Origin: Lophium mytilinum | Lineage: Eukaryota | NCBI GenBank assembly: GCA_010093605.1 | Contig: MU004195.1 | Span: 496,001 to 560,000 of the forward strand | DNA length: 64,000 nucleotides | Reading direction: 5' to 3' | In this document: in pieces, positions 37,655 through 50,359 of the stretch | How the letters are laid out: each line of letters opens with the position of its first letter | Position numbering within the stretch: position 1 is the first letter of the stretch | Program-made: the position numbers and the translations under genes | Notes under the pieces: model-generated | What the model was told of the DNA's origin: nothing | The model's database searches: none | What the model saw: only the letters and a program-made list of their open reading frames with translations

Positions 37655-38074
37655 GAGGATGAGCTTGACGACGCTACGCGGAAGCGCCTAGGCGAGCAGT
37701 TCAACGTTGGTAACCAGACCGAGGGCGCAGATGTCGGATCAGCTGGATTGCAATCGTCCCGAAGGCATTGCATACACCAGTCAGACGAACTTTGAACATG
37801 CTGCCAGTGCGCAGCGGTGAATCTAATTGGCGTAGCCCCTGATATGTGCCCTGTTTGCGGGCATTACAAATGTGCTTAGCTTTCATAGCTCAATAGGCCC
37901 ACGATTTGAGTAGCAAGGAATATCATAGAAGCAGCACCATGCCACAGATCAACGCCTTTCACAGGTGCTGGTGTAGCGTATTGAGAATTTGAGTAGAATT
38001 GTCGATCTCCGATTTAGAATCCTTCCGCACCCTTTACTTGAACATCAGCCATTGAAGCCATCCTCTCCTCATCA

Positions 38075-38075
<1 letters not shown>

Positions 38076-38105
<30 letters not shown>
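38076..38105. repeat. Poly-C homopolymer (30 nt)
   Basis: Direct count of uninterrupted C. Confidence 0.95.
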
Positions 38106-38107
<2 letters not shown>

Positions 38108-39930
38108 ACTACCACATCCGCCAGATGGCGATGGCGAGGGCGGCGAGGAGCTAGTAGGTGAGTTGGCGGGGGGCCGATAGGAGGGGGTGCGTGGATTCGC
38201 GCATTGTCAGGATGGGTTTGCTGGGTTTGGAGGTGGTGGAGATGGATTATGGTGGTGATGTGGTTTGTGGGGGGAAATAGGTTAGGGTTGAGATGGAAGG
38301 TGTTGGGGTGGGTACAGTTGACGCACTTGAACCGTGGTTGGTGAACTCGAGGTTGAAAATCGACTGCCCTGACGTGCGAGCTTGCACAGTGCTTTATTGG
38401 GGGTCCTTCGATGAGGATTATCGGACCCGAAAATTCTCAAGATATGATATTGCAACCTTGATGAAAAGAACATTTCCCCTGAGTCGGAGCTCATTTGTTG
38501 AGAGTTTGGGGCTTCACAGCCCTCGTCGAAGCGCCGCTGGCAGTGTCACCGTCTGTACAGATTTGTGAGAAGGTACTGTACCTCTGGATGTTTTTGAAAA
38601 TAAATGTCTGATCCTGGGCTGTGTCTTGTAAGCACCAAGCAAAGCCTGGTGGTTTTGAACATCCCGAACGAGAATTCGATGTCTGGTGGCATCGACGTGG
38701 ACGACCTGCACTACAACCAGGAAACGGAGCATAGTTCTTTCGTCCGGGGATCTGAGGGTCTGAAACCTTGTTGAAGGACGCCCCGCAGTGTCGTAACAGA
38801 AGCCAAACTCCTGAGTTCAGCGTGGATTGGATCTAGAGACGAGCAAATTCGATAGAAAGGATAGCAAGAGCTCAGACAAGAACCTCGAACAAAAACCTAA
38901 CGCAGTCGTCCCCGAAGTGCATGCTCTCAAGACGCCGGAAGCCGTAGCGTTCCTCAAACTCCATTAACAACCGATTCGTGAATGCAGCAACCGCAGTCGT
39001 ATCCCCACCTCTCCTCATCCCTTCTACCAGTCCAGCCGCCACGGGGAGGGGTCCAGCATGTCTTTGTGGCCTTGGGCTTGTGGGCGGGCGATTCGACGCA
39101 AGGGTGGTTGGGGGTGGATGCAGGGGGCTTGCTGCAAAAGGGAACTCACCCTGCTCAGTCTCGGCTCAGATGCGCTCAGTCTTGGCTCAGGATGCACAGC
39201 CACAGCTCAGCAAGGATTCAAGAGCGCACCCACTACACTTCCAAGAGATATCAAGGTTAAGCTAATACTAAGGGATAGGGCTCTAGCTAAAATTTCTTAA
39301 AGATTGCTAAGTAGAGGACTGTGGATATACAAAGGTATGTGTAATTGATGATAGCCAGGTGGAGAGACCATGATTTTCATACTGATACTGAAAACTGAGA
39401 AGACCCGGGTTATAGGCAGACGACTACGAGACAGAAGAAGAGGCCGTGTTATCCTGTTCGGTTTCTAATGCGGAGACATAGCTTAGGTGCGGATTTGGGA
39501 TGCATGCATCAGGCAGCAATGACGCGAGTAGCTCTCACCGGTGAAGCAGCGCGTCAGAGAACTAGCCAATAACCTACAAAGGAACACGTGTTACGCAGAT
39601 ACGCTGTCCTTTGCCTTCCAGTTGTTCGGACGGTCGATCGCTTGCAGAGTGCCTAGGCCCTCAGCCTGACTGCGCCTACTGTCGAAAAAGAAACGAACCC
39701 CGTATTATCTCTCAATGCTTGTAATCTATACAACTTGACCAAGGTCTGCATGTGCAAAATATCCTCGTATATCACTTCTCAGTGTTTGAAAAACCTGTCC
39801 GGATCTCTTCTTTCTTTTCTTCAAGGACTAGTTCGCATTGCAAATTATCACTGACCCGTCGTACACTTCTCTACTCCATCTACTCTCGCGTACCTATACA
39901 ATACTGCCCCTAGGCCTACAGCTCCATAAC

Positions 39931-41742
39931 ATGAGTACTCAATTGAATGGCTTATATGCAGAATGCATTCTGCCTCTCAACAAACCAACGATACGAGTCT
40001 TATACCTAAAGCCAGGACATGAAAGCGACGAGATTCAGGCACACTTACGGCTTTTGGATATTGATACGGATCTATCTCCTCAATATGAAAGCTTGTCTTA
40101 TGTCTGGGGAGACCCCGCATTCACTAAACGAGTCATCATCAACGAGCATTTTATCGAAATCAGGAAGAATCTATATGGTGCTCTTCGCCATATCAGGTCC
40201 AAGACAGAGACGTTGATCATTTGGGCGGACGCCATCTGTATAAATCAGTCGGACATGGATGAAAAATCACATCAAGTTGCCCTCATGGCAGAAATCTATC
40301 GTCGGTGTTCGAAAGTATATATATGGCTGGGATTGCCTGAACCTGGCAGCCTCACAGGCGATCCATTTGAGTTCTTGAACCATTTTGTACAGGGGAAACA
40401 CTTTTATGAATTTCCCGGTTTCGATCGCGATGAATCAACTGGATGTTTCACCTGGAAAGAGAATGAAGCCTGTGACAAAATCCTGAACGATTTCCTCCAA
40501 ATCGTCGGAAGTCCATGGTGGACAAGGGCCTGGACTGTTCAAGAATGCCTATTACCAAAAGAGACTGTGATCATGTTTGGAACATGGGCAGTAACATGGG
40601 AATACATCCAAAGAGCTGGTTACATGAAGAATACTCATGGCGATGGTCCAACGAAGTGTTGCGTACAAGCCAATACTGTTTTTAATCCTCATCAGCTGCA
40701 TTTGATTAACGAATGGATGTGGCATCCTTGCTGGGCAGAAGGATATAGGCAGACAATACATGGAAGAAACCCAACGCCACAATGGTTCTACCAAGCCCTA
40801 CTGGCATTCTCAAGTCGACAATGTTCAGACCCTCGCGACAAGATATACTCTCTGCTCTCCTTGGCCACGCACCCAGTTTACCGGGACTTCAAGCCGAATT
40901 ACCGCGACGATCTCCCAACAATATGCACCGATGTATTCACTCGCATGGTTCAAGAAACCGATGGCAGCTTCGATTGTTTCATGGGAGGAGGATTTGGATC
41001 TTCAATGTCGGGTCTTCCATCATGGGTTCGGGATTTCTCGCAAATTAGAGCTGCAGGAGTTATTGCCGGCGAGCAACGAAGGATCTGGTATGCCTCGCTC
41101 TATCGAGCGTCTCTCACGTCACCCGTTCCGGTCCAATGGAACGAAAACAGAGAATTCCATTACAGAGGTACTTACGCAGACACAATCACGGCCGTTGGGC
41201 AACATATGTCTACTTCACATATGTCCACACTAAAACCGAACTTTGGTCCAGTCTTCCGCCAATGGCTTGACCTTTGCCAAGATACAATGGCCACTTGCGA
41301 ACCCCGGGTACTCCGCACCACATTTTCACGTATAATTTGCGGAGATGTGTGCAAAAATGTTGAAGGAGATGCAGAGTTCAGGAGAGCTATTGAAACAGAC
41401 TTTCCCCAAAAGCATACTTGGGATCAGATCATGGACGGTGATATTTGTGCTGCGGATGCACGAGGTTATGGTTGGGGCCTAAACTTTGCCATGTGGGGCA
41501 GATGTTTTTTCACTACTTACTCCAGCAGAATGGGATTATGTCATCCAAACACACGTGCAGGGGATGAAGTGTGGGTTATGAGAGGTGTTCAGGTGCCATT
41601 TGTTGTCCGACCTCTTGAGCACGCTGATGCAGGATGTTCTGGTAGATATTCCCTTGTTGGCGATTGTTTTTTAGATGGCGCTATGGATGGTGAGGTAGAG
41701 GAAAAAGAGAAATCGACGGAACGGCCTATAGTTATGATTTAG
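39931..41742 (+). CDS. HET-domain protein (HET-6-like), intact and intronless
   Basis: IRVLYLKPG, YESLSYVWG, NLYGALRHIR, IWADAICINQSDMDEKSHQVALMAEIY, PWWTRAWTVQE, CSDPRDKIYSLL, LPSWVRDFS, GDEVWV..G..VPFVVRP, YSLVGDCFLDGAMDGE. Confidence 0.92.
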   Translation: MSTQLNGLYAECILPLNKPTIRVLYLKPGHESDEIQAHLRLLDIDTDLSPQYESLSYVWGDPAFTKRVIINEHFIEIRKNLYGALRHIRSKTETLIIWADAICINQSDMDEKSHQVALMAEIYRRCSKVYIWLGLPEPGSLTGDPFEFLNHFVQGKHFYEFPGFDRDESTGCFTWKENEACDKILNDFLQIVGSPWWTRAWTVQECLLPKETVIMFGTWAVTWEYIQRAGYMKNTHGDGPTKCCVQANTVFNPHQLHLINEWMWHPCWAEGYRQTIHGRNPTPQWFYQALLAFSSRQCSDPRDKIYSLLSLATHPVYRDFKPNYRDDLPTICTDVFTRMVQETDGSFDCFMGGGFGSSMSGLPSWVRDFSQIRAAGVIAGEQRRIWYASLYRASLTSPVPVQWNENREFHYRGTYADTITAVGQHMSTSHMSTLKPNFGPVFRQWLDLCQDTMATCEPRVLRTTFSRIICGDVCKNVEGDAEFRRAIETDFPQKHTWDQIMDGDICAADARGYGWGLNFAMWGRCFFTTYSSRMGLCHPNTRAGDEVWVMRGVQVPFVVRPLEHADAGCSGRYSLVGDCFLDGAMDGEVEEKEKSTERPIVMI

Positions 41743-43742
41743 CTGTACGGCTGTGGAAAGACTAAGCTTGTTAGACGGTCGGCATTTGACGGTGCTGCTG
41801 GAACATTGGGCTTTGCTATCGGAAAAGGCAGGAGCGGGAAAAGGAGGAACGATAGAAGAAGTAGGGTATCAGAGTGATGGAAGCGCTGTGAGTTTCGCTT
41901 CTGATCGCGCGGGAAAACTTGAGGATTAGGGAGGGAGAAAATCTAGAAGAAAGTCAGGAAGAAGATGAGAATAAGGAATAAGTAGTGTAGACAGATAGTG
42001 GGAAATGAAACAGTGTCTACACCGCAGTCTCTCAAATTATCGTTCCTCTTCAAAGTTCTCCCAGACAGGAAGTCTTGCATGATTTCACCACACTGAAGCA
42101 CATTTGCTTAAAAATCTCAATAATCATGCCTTGTATCCAGATATATGTTGCACTACTAGATTTTTCGAGATCAAGAGAAGGGTATGAAAGAGCTTAGGAA
42201 CAGGCACGCGGACTCGCCGAACCGGAATTGCTCCCCGGTCGATGCTTGACTGAACCAAGGTGTTGGGAGGGCCCTCAGATGCCGAAGTCTTGGGTACATG
42301 CTGCGCTCACGTGTGTCGAACCTGCCTGGCGTCCTCGGACTACGAATTCATCGCCGCGCTCCACCACTCACAGCGTCGTCAGAATGCCCGGCTTCTTAGA
42401 CCGCCGCGCTCCCGCTACTGTTGGCCGATTGCGACTGATATCGGCCTGCGAGCCTTGCTCCTTTTGGAGGCCGTGAGACACGTTCAATATTGACTGTCTG
42501 CCAGCTCTATGTCTATAAAACACGCACATATAGTACCACCTACCAGCACGGGTAGGTCTCGTAAGGCTGCAACGCTACGCTCATTTGTGCCCTCGCAATC
42601 GTCTCGCCGCGATGACAACGCCTATGCGCCCGTCTGGCAGCCTGTAGCAGCCCCTGAGCAATGCTGCAAGCCGGTCAGCCAGTGCACTTCCACCACCAAG
42701 CACTTCACGAGAGGGCCAGAACTGGCTCGTTGCAGCAGCACGGAGTTATGCCGCCCCGGGTCCGAGTCGCTGAGCAGACAAAGCATCAGCACGACAAGCT
42801 GGATCCCACTCCTTAGGGTGCAGTCTGGCGCAGGGCGGGCTCATATGCATGCACCGAACCCTTCTAGCGCAGAAATTGGCAATATTGTCAGGCTATGCAT
42901 TACGGCACTCGCTCGCAATGCCACATTGACACTGTCGTTTCATGCCGTAAAAGGAGCGATGGTGTTGCACCCGTGGTCAGAGCAAAGGCGTTGCACCCGT
43001 GGTGAGAGCAAAGACGGCCGCTCTGAGAGCGGATTGCCTTTCTGGACACCGATGCCCCTGCTCCTGCTGAAGCTCACACTCCTGCTTGAAGATAGGCGCT
43101 CGGGAACAGCTCTCGCTTTTTCCGTACAAGGCGAACATCCGCTGCTGAAGCGACGCCAACTCCGTCTGCCCTGCGTCCGAAATTCGCAGCAAAATGGACA
43201 ACGAGGATGCTCGGTCAGTGAGCCATCGCACCGCGGAACAACTCTCCATATACTTCCATCTTTCCAATGCCCCGAGGTTCGTTTCCCCCACACAGTCAGG
43301 TGAAGCACCCCAAGAGGAATCAAACGAGGGTTCTAATAAGGAGTCCAATGAAGGATCCAACCAAGATTCCAGGTAGATTCCAGAGGAGACGGTGAAACTA
43401 AATAGTCTGATGGAGCGCCTTATGAAGTGTCCAATGAAGATTCTAGCGAAAAGTCTAATTCAGGAGCGGAAGACCTTGAACAACTGATAGACGACATCGC
43501 CGCTCTCACGAGAGAGCTCTGCGAGTCTAGCAGTTTTCAAGAGCTTCTACTGTCGCTTGTGCAAGATGCGTCGAAGCTGAAAGATCCCGCCGTCGACCAG
43601 GGTCGAATTTCCGCTAAAAGACGTAAGCGACCAGGATCGAACGGACTCTAGGACTCTACCTACGGATCTCTTCGACTTGCGAGAATTGAGGGAGGCAAAA
43701 GAAGAGGAAACTGCGGATGTTCTCCTTAGACAGCTACAAAAC

Positions 43743-43973
43743 TAAGGCAGCATGTCCCTAAGACGACACATTCTTAGGAAGGCATGTTCTTAAGACAGCC
43801 TAGTCTTGAAACAGCCATGGTCTTATAACAGTAGCATCTCAAGACAAGGATGTTCTCTAGAGAGTCACACTCCCTAGATAGACCTGTCTTAAGATAGTTA
43901 TATTCTCAAGATAGATATGCTCGCAAGACAGTCACGTACCAAGATGGTGATGTTCTTAGGACAATCTTGTTCT
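43743..43973. repeat. Degenerate minisatellite, ~14 units of 16-17 bp
   Basis: Units such as TAAGACAGCCTAGTCT, CAAGACAAGGATGTTCT, CAAGATGGTGATGTTCT; consensus approximately YAAGACAGNCATGTTCT. Confidence 0.75.
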
Positions 43974-44380
43974 TTAGTTGTCTACGCTATCTGCTTCAAG
44001 CGCTTCTACTATTCTATTTGGATTAAATGCAAAGCCTAGCACTATTAATATACTATCATGACAGTTCCGTAGTTGGATCAATAGATAACTACCCATTTAA
44101 TGAGCTCATATACTGAACTGACTGAACCTATCAGCTATTCGTGGGTTTACCCTTACATGGATGATAAAGTGGCGCAGATCAACCTTAGGTCAATTTTCAT
44201 CGGAAGGTTAGTTTACTTAAGAATTAGGGCCCTGGAACTAGAACCTGGCAGGCCTACAGGCCCGGAAATGGGCCTTCCGAGGCAGGCGAGGATCCTAGTC
44301 TCAACTCTCTCTGTCGAATATAGGGCCCAATACTGGGTTCCAACTAGCTGCTTAGCCTCGGCTTAGGATGCGCTCACTCC

Positions 44381-44653
44381 CAGGGCTGTCAAGCAATCAA
44401 CCAATTGCCCCGTTGAATTGAATTGATTGAAGTCTTGGCAATCAATTCAATCAATGGGCTATTTGGAAAAGGTTCAATCAATCAATCAGGAGGGTCTGAA
44501 TTGGTTGACCATACAAATAACTGTCAATATTGTCAATATTGCCAATATTGACGGTTTCAATCAATTCAATCAACTGAAACCTCTGCTGACTAAGCCGTCA
44601 ATTCAATCAATCTCGAGGGGCCTGGTTGATTGATTGATTGCTTGACAGCCCTG
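44381..44653. mobile_element. hAT-type MITE (273 bp) with 20-bp perfect TIR and 8-bp TSD
   Basis: TIR CAGGGCTGTCAAGCAATCAA at both ends; TSD CTCACTCC at 44373-44380 and 44654-44661; many internal CAAT/ATTG motifs. Confidence 0.92.
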
Positions 44654-44756
44654 CTCACTCCAGCACAGCCACAGCTCAGGCTGGGAGCATGAGCAGTCAG
44701 TTCCCTGAACGGAAAAGGAATGTACTTGGGTGCACATTGGGATATTGTACTACCTG

Positions 44757-45493
44757 TTATAGCGATAATAGCGAACTCGACTCTCTTTTACTGTCTACTA
44801 CATGCTCTCCGTTGCTGTTCGCGGCTTTCGATACCTCGCAATTTTTCTGGTTATGTCGTCGTCCTTTCAGTATATTTTGGGTGGCAAGAACAAGCAGCAA
44901 TCCCGAACAGGCGAGGAAGAGTATGCTGAATAGAGCCAGGCCAACTCTGGACGAATAAGTGATCTCGCTCGAGCTTCTTGCCTTCTTCAGCGCCGAGACA
45001 AAATCAGGGTTACCTCCGAGCGCAATCACGGAACTTTTACTTATCGCAGTGTTATTACCATGGAGCAATAGCTGCAGTCGGAATTACAGTTGTGTGGGTG
45101 GGATGTCTAGGGGTACAGTCCAACTGTATGCCAGGTGTTGAGTACTGCACTGCTGATAGTATTTGCCGATGACTTTGATCACGGTTGAATTGTTGATGCG
45201 GGCAATCGATCCATCTAAGTTATATGATTAGCATATAGGCTTCTGATTTTTCTCAGCTTCGTGCTTCAAGACTTGCCTAGAACTTCAAAGGATTGACCGT
45301 ACCCATAGCCTATGTCGAGGTGTACAAGGCGCAACGAATATGATGTGGACGTGTCATACCCCAGCCAAGATATCGTCGATATTGTTCCTCGCGTCCAATT
45401 GCTTGCTATCCCGTTGGTTTCCGAGTTTGGGCTTATAAAATCTCCCGGTTGGAACTCATAAAACTGGCAATCACTTGCATCTTGTGCCATCAT
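44757..45493 (-). CDS. Possible small single-pass membrane protein (multi-exon, uncertain)
   Basis: 5' ORF with FISP...NWTRG..STISW..YSLRL (extracellular-like) and 3' ORF with a hydrophobic helix VGLALFSILFLACSGLLLVLA followed by basic residues. Splicing is not resolved. Confidence 0.35.
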
Positions 45494-46233
45494 TGCACCA
45501 CGAGGGTCAGTTGAAAAAGCACTGACGATGAATCCAAGTGGGGTAGAGTTCGTATCTCTATATATGCGCCTTCGGTGACAAGACCTTCTGTCCATCCAGT
45601 AAGTTGTGGTGAAGTGATCGAGCAGCGACGTTAACAACTTCACGATAATACGACTGCGGCCGAAAACAGAGGTTGCGTCATTCTTGGCCTGTTTTTAGCG
45701 TCCAAATCGTTGTAGGGCTGTGTTTGGACGCTACGTTCGATTCTTTGGGTTTCGCTTGCATATGTGCCCCCCGTTTACCAATAAGGTGAAATCAGCTAAT
45801 CGCGAAATCAGGGGGGCACATACACCCCGCTAACACAGCCGCCTACCTCGCTGACACAGCCGCCTACCTTCAACATCAACAGGATAGTGTCGCTTGATAC
45901 TCCGCCTCAAAATCACACCTCATTACGCCCAAAGCAGTGAAGTGTTGCCTCCTGTGAACTCATGGAGCTGCTTTCGTCTACATATACTGAGCTCCGACGC
46001 CATCAACAGAAAATTACACCTTATCTTTGAGTCTCTTCTTTGGAAGCAGGCGGTGTAAAATTCTCAACAATGACTGAGCAACATCCGCTTGGCAAAGGGC
46101 ACGAGGTGCTGATACATGAGTACCACTCTGGTCAGAACCAGGTCAGTCTGTCTGTATCGTGCGAGGTACAAGCTTATTTTGTCGAGAATTGTAGCTGCCG
46201 ATTAAACTCAAGCTAAGCTGGTACATTCATACC

Positions 46234-48506
46234 ATGATCGTCATCAGCTCCCTCGGAGTGCTGTTTTCTGTTGGCTTTGTTTCATTCCTGTGGTTCGCAT
46301 GGGACGAAAATCGTACCTGGCGCCGGATAGCTCACAACGAGTGGATGGTGCCATCTGTAACCTCAACGTCTGCAGTCTTGAGGACAGCGATTTCAATACA
46401 AGCAGCTTTGGTTTCTTCAATGCTTGCATGTTTAGCATTCGAAAGGAGGGAAGTCTTCTTGATGGACCTGCCAATTGTGTCAGTCATGCGCAATAATTCA
46501 AGCGGCCCTTTTGCATTAAGCTGGTATATGCTTGCAGCATTCTCCAGAAAACTTCGATCAAGGGAGCACCTCGTCCTTCCAGCATTGACCATGTTGCTTT
46601 GTGTGTCGAGCTTTACCTTGCAATTCACTTCAACCATTCTGGTTTCAGATATTCGAACGGGATGGATCTCAGGGTTGGTTATCTCACTTCCGAACTTCAG
46701 AAGCTACACAGCACACCCAGAGCTCCTGGAACCATGAGGTGTCATAATCTGTGGGGATTTTCTGCTGACAAGCATAGATACACATTCACTGGAGATACGA
46801 AGACAGGACTGGCCAAAGGATCTCCGAGTGAACTCACCACTACTACTGCGGCCATTTCTCGATGGATGACCAAGCCCCCGATGTATCCCACATTTGCTGA
46901 ATTTCATGAGGATAATGCTGTCAATACTATTGACGGCATGTCGGACACCGGAACAACGATGAGAGCTTTCCTACCGTTCACAGATGCACCAACGAGGTCA
47001 TCTATCAAAGAATACAGCGGATATGCGGCGGTTGTCAATACTCGTGCCGTCTGCATGCGGCCTGATATCACCAACTGCACAATTTCCATGAATTGAAACC
47101 GCACTCTGCCTGTCATCAATGGCATCTTCAGTGTTCCTCAAGACCTCAAGACCTCAGGAATCGACCAGCGAACGCGTCAAGGAATACGTCTTGGAGGTTA
47201 GTAGACTACACCGATCAGCCCACGCTTGCGAATTGCAGCATAAATTCGGAGGATGTGGGAAGCTTGTACCACGCAGATGATTGGCACTTCAATCTGTGTT
47301 ATCTTCCGAACGACCCCGCTTTTTTGATATCAGATTTCTACGACGTAGATACCGATGCTAACGCTTACACATCTGCTTCTAACGCTTTCCTCGCTATAAA
47401 TCAAAGCAAAACGCCTGACGATACTCTTGCGTTCTTGGAACTTGGAGGAAACAAATCTCTGTCGGTCATAAAAAACCATGCAGAAGGTGACTGGTTTCAT
47501 CTGCAGTTTAAAACAAACTCATTCTCACCCTCGGGTGAGACTGAGGGTGAATTCATCGATCATGACTTCAACGTGAGCATTAGCTTATGTTTCGCCGCCC
47601 TTAGTGGCATTTCAAGTCCGATACTTGCATCGGCACCAAACAATCGGACAGAGCCTGTCCCAAGGAACATCAACGGCACATTTAGTTTTGAGGACGTACG
47701 AAGACAGCTGGGCCAGACGCCACATCTAACGTCTGGGGAGCGTGGTATCCTAGAACTAGAGAAGGAAGATTGGATCAGTAGGCGTTTCGAGGCTAGCGAT
47801 ACGCTGGATTACATTGAGGACGCAGGGCGGATGAAAACGACTACCTACAGTTCGGACCCAGCTACGTCCCTCTTTCTCACACAGATCAGACCTGCATTCG
47901 ACAATTGTTATGCCGATCCAATGATCGCGATGCTCTTCCAGGAAATACTAAAGACCGAGGGAGGCATCCCCTTCGCTCTACAATCTGCCATGACAGTGTT
48001 GGCCAGTATGGCATACTACGATCAGACCCCATTTTTCGACGAAACAACGAAAAGCAACCAAACCTTTTTCGACTTGCGGCAAATTCCAGGGGGTCAGTCC
48101 CACTACCTTGCTTCACCAGCTGGTTTCATGCCTGGCTATTTAACCGTGATGTGCATGCTATCAGTACATTGTATAGTGGTCGCAGTGGTTAGCTGGATGT
48201 TCTTCTACGGTAAGTTTTACCTGTTACCTCCTCGAATACACGCAATGTGATGCTCAATCCATTTCAGGAACCTCTATCTCCACACTCCACAATGTTTGGC
48301 AGGTAATCGCTCAGCTTCAGACATTTCCAGCAGACACATATCTTGCCAAAGCTTCCTTTACGAAGGACAAAGAGGTACAGGACTGGATCAAGGCGGATGG
48401 TCATCACTCTCAACTCGTCGGTATCGCACCTTCTAACACAGGGGTGAATACAGAGATAGCAGGTTTGCGGAGGCGAGGTGAACCGTACACATTCATTGGG
48501 ACATGA
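46234..48506 (+). pseudogene. Fungal multi-pass membrane protein of unknown function, probably disrupted
   Basis: N-terminal TMs ending QFTSTILVSDI; YPTFAEF..DTGTTMRAFLPF..YSGYAAVVNTRAVCMRP; ALQSAMTVLASMAYYD; C-terminal TM and STLHNVWQVIAQ. In-frame TGA at 47094 plus a frame change before ~47200. The start may lie upstream (~46070). Confidence 0.6.
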
Positions 48507-49424
48507 CGGTGATGAGGTACAACTACATCAATTCGACAGTAATCCGCGCTCGCAAGATGAAGAAGAGGCAGAGAGCCGAGGCGCACGCTAATCGGTACGT
48601 CGTTGAGAGTCGGAGGGCGATAGTTGCGAGATATATACTCTCTATATGTTTGTGTAGATACAAGTTCTATTGAAACTGTCCCTTCTTAATCAAAAACTTA
48701 CCTACAAGAAACAAGAGGGTGGAAGTCCTTTCCCGCTTAATAAGCCGTCACGTGATGTTTCCTTGAATTCGCTTTTCTTTTCCTAACGAAATCCAGCTAG
48801 GTGTTTCCTTCTGAAACTGCATTGAGCTTAATGGTGTTCCCTCCTTACCGCTTGTGCAGGGTTCTTCACGTGATAACTATAGTGGAGCAGTCTAAATTTG
48901 GTGAGGCACAGCTCGGGGAGTACCAAACACCAACACACTCCCTTGCTCAAGCGCCAGCCTTTTGGAATGGTGAACCTAGAGACCACGTAAACGGCCTCGC
49001 GCTCCAGGTTGAATTTGATCGGTTCGCAGCCTCCTCAGCCTTGTCCCATCTACCGCTCCGTTGCCTTCTCTATAATATCTCCAGGTCGTACCACCAATGG
49101 CTGCGACGTGTTCCGACACGCGGGCGGGGTGCTTGCAGACCATTCACGTCTGATCCCCGCCCTCCTGGAAACGTAGCCGTCACTCAACATTCTGCCTGGT
49201 GCCATTCGTGTAACAGCTCGTAGGAAGGGGCGGGGTGCGGCGAGGCGCGTTCCAACATGTAGCCTTTCTATCTATAACTCTTGCGTTCCCTCTCCCGCAA
49301 GCCTTCTTCATATCCTCTCTCTCAGTCCTCCTCAGCCGACTTTTTCTCGCAAATACAAGTTGTCCGTATATTGTCACTTCCAGAATAACCTCTATCTGCC
49401 TCCAACTCCCCACTACCCCTCACG

Positions 49425-49871
49425 ATGAAATCCGTCACCCTCCTCACCCTCGCCGCCTACGCCCTCGCAGCTCCCCTCCCCCCACCCGCCCAAATCCCCT
49501 TCAACGTCCCCCCAACAACCATCCAACTCGCGCTCTACGACCCCAAAAACACCTACCTCGGCTGCGCAACCTCCATCGGCCAGTGGACTACCGACTCCTC
49601 CCAATGCCGCACCTTCACCTCCACCTCCACATCCCACACCAGCGCCGGCGAGACTTGCGGCACGACGCTGCTCTCCGCCGAAGCTGGCGACGGCACCTTC
49701 TGGAATTGCGGCGACAACGGCGCGACCGCGTTTTGGGTCTCCAACGCGACCGACGCGGCGGAGGGGAGGAAGATCAGCGATCGGCCGGTGCATGTGTGGG
49801 ATTTCTATCGCGATAGGGATGATGCGCCGCATTGGACGCCCGGGCCGTGGTGTTGTGTGCATAATCCTTGA
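49425..49871 (+). CDS. Small secreted cysteine-rich protein (148 aa, 6 Cys)
   Basis: Signal peptide MKSVTLLTLAAYALAA; intronless; strong coding-type base composition. Confidence 0.75.
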   Translation: MKSVTLLTLAAYALAAPLPPPAQIPFNVPPTTIQLALYDPKNTYLGCATSIGQWTTDSSQCRTFTSTSTSHTSAGETCGTTLLSAEAGDGTFWNCGDNGATAFWVSNATDAAEGRKISDRPVHVWDFYRDRDDAPHWTPGPWCCVHNP

Positions 49872-50359
49872 GAGCACATACTAAAGGAAGAGACGATAAA
49901 CGTTCGGGCATTGGATTGCGGGACCATGATGATGCGCGAGGGCAAGCTGAGGGCGCGAGGAGACCAATACGCTATTCGGATCCCGGTGTATTGCTTGGCT
50001 GTAAAGCTTAGGTGAAAGCTTCGCTTCGCTAAGCTGAAACGCGAGACTGAAGCATGAAGAGTTGGGAGGGTGGATCTGAAACGGGGACCTGGAACAGGGA
50101 AGCGTCGGCGTCACGTGACCTGCCTGCCCAACTCTTGAGGCTTCGAATCTCCCTTCAGCCGACGCTATAGCCTATTTAATGAGAGCGGCCCGAGTACAGA
50201 CAAAGCGTATGGACGGTAGGCCGTCGAGTGGATTCAGCATCAGCGCCTGGCGCAAGTGGATGGTGTTGAGGGTGAAGGAGGGCACGAGGTCGGTGTTTTG
50301 GAAGATTGGGAGGTTATTTTGGACGGCTATGGTGCCGTTTACTATGAGGGTTAAGGGGC

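Noticed and set aside
37989..38180. Poly-proline ORF
   Set aside because: Artefact of the 30-nt poly-C run; TTG start and no other coding signal.
42228..43651. Several medium ORFs (up to 264 aa)
   Set aside because: No recognisable domain and stops scattered across frames; at most a decayed gene or element that I cannot identify.
43743..43973. CRISPR-like array
   Set aside because: Eukaryotic context, no unique spacers and no cas genes; it is a minisatellite.
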